In this document: one piece after another, positions 62,052 to 64,000 of the stretch
Numbering within the stretch: position 1 is the first letter of the stretch
How the letters are laid out: every line of letters starts with the position of its first letter
DNA from: Chloroflexota bacterium
Lineage (GTDB): Bacteria; Chloroflexota; UBA11872; VXNJ01
Reading direction: 5' to 3'
DNA: 64,000 bases
Assembly: GCA_965208775.1 (NCBI GenBank)
Contig: OZ242360.1
Coordinates: 2,589,404 to 2,653,403, forward strand
Translations under genes and position numbers: made by a program
The notes under the pieces: model-generated
Databases searched by the model: none
The model's input: the letters and a program-made list of their open reading frames with translations, nothing else
What the model was told of the DNA's origin: nothing

Positions 62052-64000
62052 ATGGGGCTGTTCGCAAGCCTGCTGCCTCAGACTAGCTTCGTCTCGCGGT
62101 CTTCCGGCGAGGTTGTCGACGCTATCGGTCCCGTCTGGCCCAGTTTCGCCGTCGAGCAGGTCCTGGACGATGTAGACATCATTTCGGAAGTCCGCATTTG
62201 GGCTGCGGCCGGCTTCGATCGCGGGGAAGCCCCAATTGCCGCCTCGCTACTCCGCCAGGCCGACAGGGAACCGGTGCGTCAGTACCAGGCTCGGATACGC
62301 TCCAGTAAAGTCCTCCTCCCATACGTTCTCGTCTTTCCGCCGTATGAGCCCACGCCCGGTGAGAAACTGGTATTGCAACTCTGGGTCTCCACCGAGCGGG
62401 AAAACAGCGCCATATTCGGCACAACCAAGCCAAAAGAACACGTAACCCCGCCAACGCTCGCCGGTGGACCCGCGGACAAGGGCACTCTCGCTTACGAAGT
62501 GATTTGGAGAGGAACCGGTTGGCAGGCCGCTCTCGAGGGATCTACGCCAGACCTTGCGCGCCTGGCAGGAGCGCTGGCGGGTACGACGCTAGCCGTTGCG
62601 TTAGCATTACTGTCGTACACCCCCCCCCGCGTCTCCCGACCTCTACGCAACGCCACGCGGAGGGTGCGAGTTGGGCTTCTGTCCCTGGCCAGCCGCCTAC
62701 CCGTCGTGCCGAGAGCATGGCACGGTGACCTCGGTGAGCAAGCGTCGGATTTTCAGACTTCAACCGCGCGGCGCGCCTTGTACGTCTTTCCGTGGCTAAT
62801 CCCCGCTTTCGCGATACTGCACTATCTCTCCAGCAACCTAATCCTGTTTCGCGTCTCCGAGTCGATTGCGGTCTTCGTCGTCACCATGGCGACCGTCACG
62901 GTCGCCTTCGTGGTTTGTCGGCTGATATTCAAGACGGCCGCTGTCGCGGCGGCGCTCACGGGGCTGCTCGGAATCGTGTTCTTCTCTTACGGCCATGTGT
63001 ACATTGCGCTCGGCGATCGCGCCGACGATAGATTTCTTCTTGGACTGGGACTGCCGATCATGCTCGGCCTCGGGGCCCTACTGATACGACGACGTGAACT
63101 AGCGCGCAAGATTAGGATGTCCCTCAACGTGGGCAGCGTTTTGCTTGTTCTCTTGCCCATTTACCAGATCGCCACCGACTTCCACGCAGGCAGCCGACCG
63201 CAAGACGTTGACCCTTTCGACGGTTTCCCGGGACTCGACGAACGGCTCGCCGAAGCCAGGGACAGACTCTCAAGAGATCAACTTAGAGACATCTATTACA
63301 TCATCCTGGATGAATATCCCAGGAGCGGTTCGCCTCCGGAGTTCGACAACAGCGAATTCGTGCAGCAACTGGAAAACCGCGGCTTCTACGTGGCCCCACA
63401 AGCTCGCAGTAACTACATGCGCACGTACCAGTCGATTCCCTCATCCCTGAACATGGGTTACGTCCACGAGGAGCGTTCCAGTTCCGGCGGCGAATTACGC
63501 CGACGATTGCTGGCGCGGGCAGGCGACAACGCGCTGGGCAGAATCATGGCGGCCCTGGGATATCGATACGTGCATGTCGCCTCCGGATCCGACTGGACGA
63601 ACACAAGCCGCAACGCCGCGGTCGTCGTGGAGTTCACGCCCGCCGGGGTTGCTCTTGCGGGAGATGAATCCGAGGACCCGTTTGCATTCGATAGGGCCAG
63701 GAGGCTGTCGGGTAGATTCACGGACGCATTCCTGCGAACGACTACCGCCAGACCGTTCCTTCCGAGGAGATTCGACATTCAGCCGGAGGACCCCTACGCG
63801 TACCCTCCAGGTCATCCGTTCCGGACGCTCGCGTGGCTGGATTTCATGAAGACCGTTGGGACCATGGAAGGTCCCAAGTTCGTCTTCGCACACCTGCTAA
63901 AGCCGCACGGGCCGTATTCGTTCGACAGGCACGGAAACATCACTTTCGACAGTTGGGGCTGGCCTGACGATCATGATCCAACGGTGTCCGAAGCCTTCTA
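62052..64000 (+). CDS. Partial CDS running off the window end: polytopic membrane N-terminus + sulfatase/alkaline-phosphatase-superfamily (LtaS/MdoB-like) domain
   Basis: Open frame from the stop at 62001-62003 to the window end, first ATG at 62052; not in the ORF track because no stop is reached. ~5 TM helices, then DIYYIILDEYPRSGSPPEFDNSEFVQQLENRGFYVAPQARSNYMRTYQSIPSSLNMGY, resembling the N-terminal metal-binding region of membrane sulfatases. Confidence 0.45.
   Translation, partial: MGLFASLLPQTSFVSRSSGEVVDAIGPVWPSFAVEQVLDDVDIISEVRIWAAAGFDRGEAPIAASLLRQADREPVRQYQARIRSSKVLLPYVLVFPPYEPTPGEKLVLQLWVSTERENSAIFGTTKPKEHVTPPTLAGGPADKGTLAYEVIWRGTGWQAALEGSTPDLARLAGALAGTTLAVALALLSYTPPRVSRPLRNATRRVRVGLLSLASRLPVVPRAWHGDLGEQASDFQTSTARRALYVFPWLIPAFAILHYLSSNLILFRVSESIAVFVVTMATVTVAFVVCRLIFKTAAVAAALTGLLGIVFFSYGHVYIALGDRADDRFLLGLGLPIMLGLGALLIRRRELARKIRMSLNVGSVLLVLLPIYQIATDFHAGSRPQDVDPFDGFPGLDERLAEARDRLSRDQLRDIYYIILDEYPRSGSPPEFDNSEFVQQLENRGFYVAPQARSNYMRTYQSIPSSLNMGYVHEERSSSGGELRRRLLARAGDNALGRIMAALGYRYVHVASGSDWTNTSRNAAVVVEFTPAGVALAGDESEDPFAFDRARRLSGRFTDAFLRTTTARPFLPRRFDIQPEDPYAYPPGHPFRTLAWLDFMKTVGTMEGPKFVFAHLLKPHGPYSFDRHGNITFDSWGWPDDHDPTVSEAF

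Overview
High-GC (~65%) bacterial chromosomal window dominated by a large defense and mobility island. Left to right: a truncated ankyrin-repeat gene, a DUF2971-like gene, a McrBC-type modification-dependent restriction pair whose McrB carries a very long uncharacterised N-terminal domain, a nonsense-disrupted secreted DUF1524/HNH nuclease gene, and membrane proteins. Then comes a ~1.2 kb imperfect direct repeat (12427-13628) whose second copy (60558-61790) lies ~47 kb downstream; the two copies bracket the island. Inside the island: a lipoprotein with RCC1 plus sugar-dehydrogenase-like beta-propellers; a minus-strand trio of a HEPN-like 532-aa protein, a Fic protein and a standalone SIR2-like protein; a complete type I-E CRISPR-Cas system (cas3-cse1-cse2-cas7-cas5-cas6e-cas1-cas2, with an array of about 71 repeats and 70 spacers transcribed on the minus strand); a VapBC module directly upstream of cas3; and an Mrr-like type IV restriction enzyme. 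A tightly overlapping minus-strand operon follows (XRE-HTH-STAND NTPase / ParB-methyltransferase fusion / Cys-rich small protein / 549-aa unknown), then a large serine recombinase and a tyrosine recombinase. The island ends with a type I R-M locus (HTH-fused hsdM, hsdS, hsdR, DUF45 metalloprotease). Between hsdS and hsdR this locus has captured extra genes: a HEPN-like small ORF, a second small ORF, a UvrD-like helicase and a HepT/MntA module, each preceded by a duplicated copy of the hsdS 3' conserved tail. After the second repeat copy comes a truncated duplicate of the lipoprotein start and a partial membrane sulfatase-like gene running off the window. The candidates for new systems are the genes captured inside the type I R-M locus, the HEPN-like/Fic/SIR2 trio at the CRISPR trailer, and the HTH-STAND/ParB-MTase operon.
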